From the NCBI GenBank assembly GCA_040437565.1, contig JBDOQK010000094.1, positions 1 through 38,854 on the forward strand: 38,854 bases of DNA, in the 5' to 3' direction. Below the pieces are notes generated by a model. That model had not been told where the DNA came from and did not search any database. It worked only from the letters and a program-made list of their open reading frames with translations. The translations under genes and the position numbers were made by a program. This stretch comes from Albugo candida (Eukaryota). Each line of letters begins with the position of its first letter. Position 1 is the first letter of the stretch. Of the stretch, positions 22,452 through 32,206 are shown piece after piece.

Positions 22452-23482
22452 CTAGACGTGATCTATAATGAATTTCTCAAGCTTTCGCTGCGTGAATTCG
22501 CCATTCAATTTCTCAAACATATTCACATAAGTTTCCACCAGCTCACTTTTATGGTACACTAGGAACACAGGCAAATCGGAGATTGAGAATGTTTTGTCTG
22601 CGTCGTGAGCCAACATCGCGAGTATCTACAAATAGTGCTCAGTGACAAATATGTGTATGTAGAGTGTACATGCCTGTATTTTTGGATGTAAATTGGCGAT
22701 TCGTTCGAGATGATTGTTTATCAGCTCGCAAGCGTAATTATCTGGATGATACAGATGCACGAGCGCGATTTCCCCTTCTTTCGCCGCATTGATACTATCT
22801 ACAAAATCGATCGGAGAAATGAATTTGAGACTTCCAAATTGTCTACGGATTGAATAAGATAAATGATTTCGTTCATTTTGCATGCTTCTGAGGTAGAGTG
22901 AACCTGCATTGAGCACGTTGTTGTAACTGGAATAACCGCTTTTCATTATAAACGCTCAAAACTTGAGGTAAGAGGGGATCAAATTCCTCGTCCGAGCTCT
23001 GCGAATCATTCAAATACTCCGGCTTAACAGCCCCTTTTGCAATTCGAAGTAAAATGTTCTCTCGTTCCATTTCTTTTGATTCTCGCTAGCAAATACGATT
23101 AGAGGTGGATCATGGACATTTCCCAATGTCAGTATCTTACTTCAAGTTGTCGATTTTTTGTGTACATTTTGTGATCGCGAATCACACCTTTAGGACCAGT
23201 GTTTCCAGATCGAAATTCTCGATAGAATTTTTTCCCCGATTGGCCCCAAGAAGTACTATCCGCAATATCTGCTTGCGCCCATGGACCCGCAGGATCGCGT
23301 ACGGAGCGGACTTTAATGTCTTGATCATCAGCGCTGTGTAAATGACTTGAGAGCTAAATAAAGATTCCAATACATGTGCGCTACCTCTCTATCGACTCTT
23401 CCGAATCGGATGCAATTGTACGATTGATCTGATCAGGATCAAGATCTTCCAATACATTGTGTACCGTAAAAAAGCGTTCCAT
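22452..23482 (-). CDS. Phosducin-like protein, PhLP1 subgroup (multi-exon)
   Basis: Spliced product MERFFTVHNV...SGNTGPKGVIRDHK (the TGPKGVIxD G-beta-gamma-binding motif), then thioredoxin-like domain QFGSLKFI...LVHLYHPDNYACELINNHL...DLPVFLVYHKSELV. Stop TAG at 22452-22454. Confidence 0.9.
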
Positions 23483-23717
23483 TTCGAAAAGCTTTCTTTG
23501 CGCCTCTCCGGATAAGTCTCAAACCTTGCAGATTTAATATCGCTGAAGAAAAGTGAACGGGCTAATACGTCTGTGACAGCTCTCCATGCGGGCAAACTGA
23601 TTGACTCGGCTACCTTCCCATGAAGCTCAGACTAGAGTGTACCACATCAGTGTAGCTGGTGTACCCTCCATCTATATTAGGCCAAATCCGAAATTGTACT
23701 GTCACCAACCAATTCGA

Positions 23718-25835
23718 ATGTTACAATCAAAAATGATCTCTTCAATGCGCAGAGCCGCAACACGGCAATCGCGTAGCATCATTTCGCGTGGTATCCCGAC
23801 AACGTTGCAACTTTCTCACAGTAGACAATATGATATCAAATCCGCTTCAATAACGCAAGAAAAGGCTTACTCTACCGGCACAACTCTGCAATCTCTAAGT
23901 AGCTCATTTGAAGCATTCGATTTTGAAAATGACGACTTAGAAGAACTTCCTAAGAAACGTTTATCCGCAGAATTCGATGGCAAAAAACCTATCACAGAGT
24001 TTGGGCTTTCTGAAACACTTCTCAGTAATCTCAAGAAAGCTGGAATTACAGATTTATTCCCTGTGCAAGTCCAGTCGTTCTCTACGATGATGGAAGGAGT
24101 CGATCTAGTTGGCCGATCCAAAACGGGATCCGGAAAGACTCTTGCATTTGGCTTACCTATTATCGAAAAACTACTCTCACGATCCGGCTCGAGAAGAAAC
24201 CCTGGAGCTTTGATCCTGCTACCAACTAGAGAATTAGCCACTCAAGTCTCGTCAGAGCTGAGTAGATTATCTCCTCAGCTCAAGACAGTAACCATTGTAG
24301 GAGGTGTTCCATACCATACCCAAGAGAGTCGAATCCGAGCTGGTGTCGACATTGTTGTTGGCACACCTGGGCGTATAATGGATCTGTTTGAGAAGAAAAC
24401 ACTATCGTTCGAAGATGTTCAATTCACTGTTTTAGATGAAGCCGATATGATGTTAAAATTTGGATTCCAAGAGGCCGTAGAGACAATTTTGTCTTGGGTA
24501 CCGGAAACACGTCAATGTGTCATGTGGTCAGCTACATTCCCAAAATGGGTCACTTCATTGACTAAAAAATATCTTAAAGATGCGGTGACGATCGATTTGG
24601 TTGGAAGCGAAGAAGCACACGTTCCAACTACGGTTAGTCACAAAGCTATCAATGTTCCTTTAAATCATCGAGTTGTGGCTTTACAACGAATATTGGAAAA
24701 ATTTGCATCTCAAGGGCAATCGCTTGTTTTCACAGAGACCAAACACGAAGCAAATGAGATAGCAAATGGATTGGATGGATGTAATGTGCAAGCACTCCAT
24801 GGAGACTTGTCTCAGGGTGTTCGCGCATCAACTATGCAAGATTTCCGAAAAGGAATTGTAAAAACATTGGCCTGTACCGATATTGCGGCACGTGGTCTTG
24901 ATATCGCAAATGTTGATCTGGTTGTGCATTATCGACTTCCAAATGATCGAGAGAATTTCGTGCATCGTGCAGGACGAACGGGCCGTGCAGGGAAATCAGG
25001 AACAAGTATCGTCTTCTTTGAGAATCAAGAGTATCGAGATATCAAAGATCTTGAAAATCGATTCAAAATTCAGTTTGCTCATGCGGCTGCGCCGGACGCT
25101 GATGATTTCCGTGACTCAAAAATAAAAGAAGTAACCAAACGACTACAGAAAGTATCCGACAAATCTTCTGATTTTCTGTCTGATGAAGCAACAAAATTGT
25201 ATGAAGCACATGGAATTCGAATTTTTAGTGCCGCTTTGAATTTACTTTGTGGGTTTGATAAAGGAAACACACTTTCCGTATCAATGCTTACTGGGAAATC
25301 CAACATGCTTACAATCCAGGTTGATGGTCTGACTTCAGTGAGTCAAGTGTCTGAGCTGTTACAAAGCGCTATTGGGGTCGCAGCTCAACGCGATATCGTA
25401 TCTGTCAACAAGAAATTCATAGTCGATATCCCATACTCGAGCTTTACTCAGCTACAGGAATCATTGCAAAACAATAACGTGGATGGAGTAACGGTGTCTC
25501 GAGTAACAGAACTTCCTCATATCACGTTACCACTAGGTGCAGAACGTCGATTTGGAAGTGGTCGTTATGGGGACAATAACTCTGGTTTTAGCGGTGGTCG
25601 TTATGGAGGAAACAGCTCTGGTTATGGTGGTGGTCGATACGGAGGGAGCAGATCTGGTTACGGTGGTGGCGATCGAGGCTTTAAGGACCGCAATCATCGT
25701 CGAAATGACTCTGGTGGCTCGAGAAACGGCAGATTTCGTTCAGGATCGTCTAATTCATGGGATAGCACGGACTCCCATCGAGACTCTTCACGTTCTGGAC
25801 GATCACACAAAAAACGAGATTCATTCGAGTGGTAG
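23718..25835 (+). CDS. DEAD-box RNA helicase, DDX21/RH3-like, with a G/R-rich tail and a probable mitochondrial presequence
   Basis: SKTGSGKT, PTRELA, TPGR, LDEAD, SAT, LHGDLSQ, ARGLDI, HRAGRTGRAG. GGRYGG repeats at the C-terminus. Arg/Ser-rich, acid-free N-terminus from the ATG at 23718. Confidence 0.95.
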   Translation: MLQSKMISSMRRAATRQSRSIISRGIPTTLQLSHSRQYDIKSASITQEKAYSTGTTLQSLSSSFEAFDFENDDLEELPKKRLSAEFDGKKPITEFGLSETLLSNLKKAGITDLFPVQVQSFSTMMEGVDLVGRSKTGSGKTLAFGLPIIEKLLSRSGSRRNPGALILLPTRELATQVSSELSRLSPQLKTVTIVGGVPYHTQESRIRAGVDIVVGTPGRIMDLFEKKTLSFEDVQFTVLDEADMMLKFGFQEAVETILSWVPETRQCVMWSATFPKWVTSLTKKYLKDAVTIDLVGSEEAHVPTTVSHKAINVPLNHRVVALQRILEKFASQGQSLVFTETKHEANEIANGLDGCNVQALHGDLSQGVRASTMQDFRKGIVKTLACTDIAARGLDIANVDLVVHYRLPNDRENFVHRAGRTGRAGKSGTSIVFFENQEYRDIKDLENRFKIQFAHAAAPDADDFRDSKIKEVTKRLQKVSDKSSDFLSDEATKLYEAHGIRIFSAALNLLCGFDKGNTLSVSMLTGKSNMLTIQVDGLTSVSQVSELLQSAIGVAAQRDIVSVNKKFIVDIPYSSFTQLQESLQNNNVDGVTVSRVTELPHITLPLGAERRFGSGRYGDNNSGFSGGRYGGNSSGYGGGRYGGSRSGYGGGDRGFKDRNHRRNDSGGSRNGRFRSGSSNSWDSTDSHRDSSRSGRSHKKRDSFEW

Positions 25836-25953
25836 CATTGTCAGCAAAAAGACTTTTTTACATCCACAGAGAATTGTTTTTCTTTGTATTGTAAACATTT
25901 GATATGAATAAAAGTATGCAACATACACTCAAAATAGTACTGCAATTATATGA

Positions 25954-26664
25954 CTACTGCTCCGGATCTGAGAATCCTCTGTGTCGAATTGCGATTGAAT
26001 TCTTTGATGGTGACGAGGAAGCGGATCGGATGGATTTTCGAAGTTGAATTCTATCCTGACGCGTCTTTCGACACGGAAGCAGCATATCGGAATCGTCCGC
26101 AAGAGCTCGTTGTAGCGAAGTGGATGGGAGTCGTAAGAATTGTGTCAAAATTCGCTCAGCTTGACCATTCGCTTTGCAATATTGTGTGTGATTGACCACG
26201 ATTTTCATTACATCGCGTAGAAAATGACTAAGGTCTAACGCTTGAGCCGCTCCATAACGTTGTGGATCGAGACCCAGCAGTGACTTTGTGGCAGGCGCTT
26301 TGAATTCTTTAAGTGTGTTGAGAAATGGAGCGCAGTTGTGACAATTGGAACACTCGGCTAAAAGTGTGTTTCTTAGACGTTTGAACTCCTCATACTCGCG
26401 AGATGCGTTGTATGCGGTTCCAGTGATTTGATTACAAGTTTCAACGTCAAAAATAAACTGACATTTGCTTCGTGATTTGACTGGTTTTTCTCGGATATAA
26501 AAGCGTAAAAGCTGGACAGAAAATGGACAGGTGTCTTGTTGATGTGACTGTAAAGGCACCGAATATTTGAGAAAAGATCGCTCTTGCTCACGTTCAAAGC
26601 GAGCCTTGCGTGTTTTTTCTAGCGCCGCGTTTGTTATCAGGTACGAAGCTGATTGATCCAACAT
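25954..26664 (-). CDS. Hypothetical protein with a PX-like domain and CxxCxxC
   Basis: Long ORF. REYEEFKRLRNTL resembles the PX RRY..F..L motif; CSNCHNC; LTQFL. Start assumed at the first ATG. Confidence 0.6.
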   Translation of the reverse strand: MLDQSASYLITNAALEKTRKARFEREQERSFLKYSVPLQSHQQDTCPFSVQLLRFYIREKPVKSRSKCQFIFDVETCNQITGTAYNASREYEEFKRLRNTLLAECSNCHNCAPFLNTLKEFKAPATKSLLGLDPQRYGAAQALDLSHFLRDVMKIVVNHTQYCKANGQAERILTQFLRLPSTSLQRALADDSDMLLPCRKTRQDRIQLRKSIRSASSSPSKNSIAIRHRGFSDPEQ

Positions 26665-27055
26665 GCTCGTAGTCGTAAATCTCAAAATGAGAGATTCCGT
26701 CAAACATACTTTTTATCCTAAGACGCGTCTTGTAAACAACATTGACCTATTCGTACTACCACTATTGTGTAGCTTATTCGTGACTTCCACCTCCCTGTCG
26801 AGAATCTAGAACCACGCGAAAGTAGTACGAAAGGAAAAACTGTGAGCCTCTGTGCTTCCATTCCTTAGGCCGTCCTCGGACGTATTTCACAAATATTCGA
26901 TTCTGTATACTGCGCACAACGTTGGGAATCCTTACGCATAGAATGACAACAAATGTCACAGGTGATGAGAGCACATAAAACGTGCTGTGGGGATGCGTTT
27001 GGTCAGTTGGTTAGCGAACGCACGTTCGATATTTTGGCTGAGCTTTTAGTAGTCT

Positions 27056-27850
27056 TTACCTAAGCAGATTCGCCTCACTTAGCGGAAAAGGAATTAAAGG
27101 TTCTTCTACGACTAATTCCATGTGTTCTTCAATTGTTTTGCGCTTATGAGCGAATACAAACTGATAAGCGGTCAACTGAGCAAAGAATGTGCCAGTGAAA
27201 TAATTCACAATGTGCGCGACTTCCGATATCGTGAAGGCAGTCTCCACATTGAATGCAGGGTCTCCATCTGAAGCTGCGTTTGCCATTTCATTCCCATCCT
27301 CGCCGCTTGATCCCACGCACGTCTGAAGCGCTTCCTTTTCGACCGCTTGTACCTCAGCGTTCTCGTGAATCAGCTGACGGAATAATCCGTACACAGCTTC
27401 TAGAGAAGGGAAAATCTCACTCAGAATGTCGACATGCTGACTGTTGTCTTTTGGGAAATGCGTGGGGGTCACTGCGTACTTGAAAAGTCGATTGATTAAT
27501 ATCATAAATCTGACGATTTTCCCTGTCGGTCGCAATCTGATTTCTTCGCACGCAAACTGTAATCCGTGAAACATAAGCTCCACGTACACGCTACTACGAG
27601 GATTATCAATGAAATGCTCAATCTCCAAAAGTTGCTGTAAGGCGCGAAATGTTTCTTGATCTTTTTCTGAACAAGTCGCCTCCACGAGCTGTTCCACAAA
27701 AGCGATCCATTTATCGAGTTGGAAAATCGGCGCAAACGCAAATATGTCGTTTGGAGACAGAAAGAGCGTCGAATGTGCTGTGGAGGTGTCGTTACGAGCT
27801 GCAGCTTGGGAAGTTTGACTTTTGTTGCGACAAGCGGATGATTTGCTCAT
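27056..27850 (-). CDS. CLAMP-domain (flagellar central-pair C1a-32/CFAP119-like) protein
   Basis: 264-aa ORF with VELMFHGLQFA and FTISEVAHIVNYFTGTFFAQLTAYQFVF, matching the CLAMP family pattern as I recall it. Confidence 0.7.
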   Translation of the reverse strand: MSKSSACRNKSQTSQAAARNDTSTAHSTLFLSPNDIFAFAPIFQLDKWIAFVEQLVEATCSEKDQETFRALQQLLEIEHFIDNPRSSVYVELMFHGLQFACEEIRLRPTGKIVRFMILINRLFKYAVTPTHFPKDNSQHVDILSEIFPSLEAVYGLFRQLIHENAEVQAVEKEALQTCVGSSGEDGNEMANAASDGDPAFNVETAFTISEVAHIVNYFTGTFFAQLTAYQFVFAHKRKTIEEHMELVVEEPLIPFPLSEANLLR

Positions 27851-27926
27851 ACGTTTTTATTATTTTGCTCTGTTTATAAAAATCTTTTACGATAAGGCAC
27901 AGCGACACTATCGGACAATTGATTTC

Positions 27927-29171
27927 TTAACTCGAATACAGATCAGAGACTTCAGAACTTATGGAGAGCTCTTTTGTGATACGATGAACAAATTGTTCAG
28001 GAAGTGGTCTTTCGATCATTTCATCGCTTCCGGGTCCAGATGGTAACGACACATTCATTTCCGAGCTTTTTGACGTGATGAAGTTCACTTCACGACCTTC
28101 CCAGGAAACATACACAATGCAACCATCCGTCTTATCGATCGCAACAGAGGGGACGATCCCTTTGCACTGTGCTTGAATGCTTTTCGAATTGATAATTTCC
28201 AAGCTTGACACTACGTTATCGAATAAGAGTTTGGTTGTCTTACAGGAATCCAAGGTGATAGTATTCACTTTGCCTTCTATGACGATACTCGCGTCTGTGC
28301 ATCCGAAAATGTATACTTTCTGTCGCAAATGTGTGTCGCTGACTGTTGTGACATTATCGTGTTGATACTCAATAAACCAATTGTCACTTCGTTTCTCGCA
28401 TGTTGCAGTCTTTGTAGTTGGGATTGCCTTCAGGTCGTTCGGTTTAATAGTACTTTTCTTCACTTCTGACGCATTTTCCACTTTGGTTGACACGTTCTTT
28501 GTGACTTGTGTTGATGCTGATTTTGTATAAGAGTTTACATCCTGACCGTGTACATTCCATTGCAAACCTTTGCCGTGATGATTTTTGACATATTCCATCA
28601 AAGCAACCAAAAGACTTTTAAATGTCGATACAAATTCAATTTGGCTCGGATCAGTAGCTTTATATTCGATACGAATTTTATTGCCCCAGAAATCGGAACC
28701 TCCAATATACGACTCGACAAATGCTTTAGGGGCTGCTTCCTCGCAAACCCATCCAAGTGTCTGTATTCCTTCATTCACCATCTTGACATGATTCGGATTT
28801 TCTCGAGCATTGTTTCGCAATGTTCCCATTTCTTTCAAACAAATTTGTATTCCGCTGAGAAGCTCAGAAGTGAGTTGAGAAGGCTTTCGACATTCACTCG
28901 CCATTACAATGAAATCGCGTTGCACTTTAAATGCCTTTTGAGTGATTTCTCCCAATTTCCGAATATCATCGCCCAAAGGATCGCAGCTTTTGATAAATGG
29001 TGGGAGATGTTGAGCGACTAAATCGTCGTACGCGCAAATGCTGGGGTCCACAGAGGTTTTGGAAGCGGGGGGTTGAACCACAGGCGTATTTAAGCCAACT
29101 TTATCTTCCACAAGCTTGAGTCGCTCAGTCAGAGTCTGCAGTAATTGCTGGAGGGGCTGGACTGCTTCCAT
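27927..29171 (-). CDS. SRV2: Adenylyl cyclase-associated protein (CAP/Srv2), 414 aa
   Basis: N-terminal coiled coil (LTERLKLVE). Helical folded domain (NHVKMVNEGIQTLGWV, FWGNKI, YVKNHHGKGLQWN). CARP domain (VYIFGC, GKVNTITLDSC, VPSVAIDKTDG, TSKSSEMNV, ERPLPEQF). Confidence 0.95.
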   Translation of the reverse strand: MEAVQPLQQLLQTLTERLKLVEDKVGLNTPVVQPPASKTSVDPSICAYDDLVAQHLPPFIKSCDPLGDDIRKLGEITQKAFKVQRDFIVMASECRKPSQLTSELLSGIQICLKEMGTLRNNARENPNHVKMVNEGIQTLGWVCEEAAPKAFVESYIGGSDFWGNKIRIEYKATDPSQIEFVSTFKSLLVALMEYVKNHHGKGLQWNVHGQDVNSYTKSASTQVTKNVSTKVENASEVKKSTIKPNDLKAIPTTKTATCEKRSDNWFIEYQHDNVTTVSDTHLRQKVYIFGCTDASIVIEGKVNTITLDSCKTTKLLFDNVVSSLEIINSKSIQAQCKGIVPSVAIDKTDGCIVYVSWEGREVNFITSKSSEMNVSLPSGPGSDEMIERPLPEQFVHRITKELSISSEVSDLYSS

Positions 29172-29357
29172 GAGTTTGGAAGCAAAAGGGAGATAAAATA
29201 CTAGTAGGATATTACAAAAGTAGTCGTAGAGAAAGCAGCTTCTTACAGATATAGTACTCATTGAGTAAAAGGTTGGTAGTGCAATTGGAAACATTATTTG
29301 CAGTAGACAAAATACAACAAGCAACTTGATACAATGCTCAAACTAAGACGATAGACA

Positions 29358-29927
29358 TTAAGGACGAATATCGGTACTGTATGCATGATTTTCAGCAACG
29401 TGGCCCTCATGATGAGTTGGATGCAGTTTGTCGCCATGCAACTTGGATGGATGCGTCTGTGGATGAGCCATTCCTCCTTCGTGGTGGGTTTTGCCAGTCA
29501 TTTTGTCTTTTGTGCGATGCACTTTGTTCTTCACTTTTTCCGCGAGACCCGGCTTCTTCACACGTCCACGTGTTGGTGAATGATAGTAATCGCCTTCAGA
29601 GCTTGAACTACTTGAGCTGCTTGACGATCTGTGCGCTCGTGAAGTATGTCCCATGGTGTTGTGTCCAGAAGTCATACCATGTCCAGTGTGTCCCGTGGTG
29701 TCATGACTAGAAGTCACACCGTGCCCTGTTGTGGTGTGCCCCGTTCCGTGTGTTGTAGTGTGCCCCGTTCCGTGTGTTGTAGTGTGCCCCGCTTCATGGT
29801 GCTTGCTCGGCATTATCTTTTCCTTCAGATCGTGAGCCTTGTCGTGGATCTTATCCATCATTCCTTCCTTCTTGTGCGGAGTAGTGCTTCCAGTAGTGTG
29901 TTGGTGTTCGTGGCCGGTTGTATTCAT
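29358..29927 (-). CDS. Dehydrin-like (LEA group 2-like) hydrophilic His/Thr/Gly-rich protein, 189 aa
   Basis: K-like segments KKEGMMDKIHDK...LKEKIMPS and KKPGLAEKVKNKV. S-segment [23 protein letters not shown] repeats. No Cys, Trp or Phe. A TATA-like element lies at ~30054-30063. Confidence 0.75.
   Translation of the reverse strand: MNTTGHEHQHTTGSTTPHKKEGMMDKIHDKAHDLKEKIMPSKHHEAGHTTTHGTGHTTTHGTGHTTTGHGVTSSHDTTGHTGHGMTSGHNTMGHTSRAHRSSSSSSSSSSEGDYYHSPTRGRVKKPGLAEKVKNKVHRTKDKMTGKTHHEGGMAHPQTHPSKLHGDKLHPTHHEGHVAENHAYSTDIRP
29734..29791. repeat. 24-bp coding tandem repeat (GHTTTHGT), about 2.5 copies
   Basis: gtgtgccccgttccgtgtgttgta twice, plus a partial copy. Confidence 0.9.
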
Positions 29928-30178
29928 GTTTTGTTATCGAAATCAATAATGAAGAGACTGATCCTTTCCTCTTTCAGAGACAATTCGAAAAACGATCTTT
30001 CTTCATGTCGCATCCTTCGTTCTCCCTACAAACTCTGGATGCGTTGTCTTTTTCTATATAAAAGGCGATCATTGGGGCAGATCAGCTTCTGTGACACGTT
30101 TTTTATTTTAACCGAATCGACAGACTATTTGGTGTCATACGGTGCTGCGTGAGCCACATCAAATTGACTGAATTCACT

Positions 30179-32179
30179 TCATTCGATTTCTTTTCCCATT
30201 GGAATTGCGATATGGTTCTTTCGCTGTGGCGTTTCGTGAGAATGCACCCAGCAGACAGGACAAAAATGAGAAGACTGTTCGCATTGCTCGCATCGCAAAA
30301 CCGCCGCTGCGTTCCCACATTCTTCACATTTTCCTTTCCGAATAAGTCGACCTCGAATCCGCGTGAAATACTTGTGCTCTATTTCTTTTGCTTTTTTTCG
30401 TGCTGCGTACCCTCGCGCAACTCTTTGAATAATATTGACAGCTATTTGCTCCCTTCCTTTCGCTTGTTTGCGCTCTTCTTGTCGAAATGCGATTCGCTCG
30501 ATCTCTTTGGTATTGTTGCGCACAGCACTTTCAATTTCATTGATCAAGTTGCATGTTTTCCTGCGGAGTGAATTTCTTTCATATGCAATGTGCGACTGGA
30601 TATCTTCCTCTCGTTTCAAAGCCATACATTTGGTGTACCATTCAAATATATTTGGATGAGCGACCGTCTCCGATGCGATGGTGAAATTCGATTTGTCGGA
30701 ATGCGGACCTTCAGAAGCAAGGACGCTAGGATGAAGGATCTGATTCGTGCAGAATGCTTTCCACAATTGGGAACTATGGATATCACGAACATCTTCTTCG
30801 GCTTGGTCAACCTCTGGATTCAAAAAGCGAGAAATAGCTGCAGGCTCATCATCACTAGCAGAATCATACGCATCATTAAAGCTTTTGTTTTGGATCACAA
30901 ATTTCATATCGGCTTCGTCTTGGTCTTCTTGGATGTCGTTCTGACGCCAAACATGTGATTTTACATCCTTTTCGGGTCGCAAGTAATGGTACAAGTTGTA
31001 TTGTTTGCCAGCGATAAAAGTCTCAAACCATTTTCGATCATCACGCTCGATGGAAATGCAGCGAACCGTATTCATGTGAGCTTTATACGCCGCATACTTT
31101 CGCTCAAGACTCCAGTCCTTCATGTCCTCGAACATGGATACATCATCAAATAGGCTTTCTATATCCTCCTGCGTCGGCTTATGATCGCTTTTTGACAGGC
31201 TTGTTAAGACGTTTAGTCGACTAGTACAACTTCGCTGGATCAGTTCCGCATGCACAGCTCGTTCTTCTTGGGATGTTCGATATTGCTTTTTATAATCAGC
31301 CAGCTTTTCAGCGACATTCTGTGTCAACGATTTTATCTCATCATGTAACTCTCGACGGCTGTATTTTTTTGCTACACTTGGAAATCGAGTCTCTGTCAAG
31401 CCTTTTATTCTGAAAAGCAACAATGAAGCCATTGAGTTTTTAACATTTCGAGAATCAATTCTTACCGCTTCTCAGCTTGTTTACGAAGCTCCGTATATTC
31501 TTCAGTGGGCGCTCGACTTTTTCGTACTGCATCAATTGCCTCGGACAGCATCGTTTCTCGTGATAAAAATCGATCTTGCTCCCTTATATACAAAGAATCA
31601 AGCACGTCATCATCTTCTGCAAGCACTTTTGCATCCAAAAGACTTTGTGCTTCATGGGTCAACAATCGAAATCCAAAAGGATCGAATTCTCTCGGTACAG
31701 GATTCACCGCTTTTCGCTTTGTTCGGAATCGATATCGATGCCACTGGTTCTGTATTTTCCGAGCGCATGTGATTTTTCGAGCAGTTTCAATATCGGTCAA
31801 GTTTTGTGCGCTAATTCCCCTTAGAAACTCGAGTTCTGTCTGTTTTCGAATGATACTTTTCTGACGCTGTTTTGATTGCTTTAGAAACACTGTGGTACAT
31901 CTCAGCTCAAAGCATCACTTACTGAAAAGCCGGAGTCTTACCAGCTTGCTCGCGTTGGAAATTTATCAGCGGTCGAAACTCGTGTCGAATTAAATGACCT
32001 CGACGCATTGCCTGAAGTCGTGTAATCGCATGCTAACAGAATAAAGGAAATGAGTTGGATAGCTGATACTGTTTAAAGGCTTTTACAAGATATCGTTCAT
32101 ATTTTCTTCGGGTCGAGTAGCCTCGATACAGTTTCTGAATGATAGCTGCAGCATCACCCGGTGCCCTTTGACATTCCAT
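30179..32179 (-). CDS. Multi-IQ-motif, coiled-coil protein with a C-terminal B-box zinc finger (multi-exon)
   Basis: IQ motifs AAIIQKLYRGYSTRRK, AITRLQAMRRGHLIR, ARKIQNQWHRYR, IIQRVARGYAARKK. B-box CEEC...LRCEQC...FCPVCWVHSH...RKNH. Confidence 0.8.
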
Positions 32180-32206
32180 TTATTTAAAAGCCAATAGCTG
32201 CCAGAG

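Noticed and set aside
23601-23717. N-terminal extensions from non-ATG starts (also 18418-18456 and 29172-29324)
   Set aside because: The ORF caller used TTG/GTG starts; in this eukaryotic context the first in-frame ATG that matches family homology is preferred.
16294-29927. Functional 'stress/chaperone cluster' (HSP90, PhLP1, helicase, dehydrin-like)
   Set aside because: The genes are interspersed with unrelated ones, and no shared regulatory motif was seen; proximity is explained by genome compaction.
29646-30152. Plus-strand ORF with VCCSVPRS repeats
   Set aside because: It is the antisense reading of the dehydrin-like 24-bp repeats; the minus strand has the coherent motifs and promoter-like elements.
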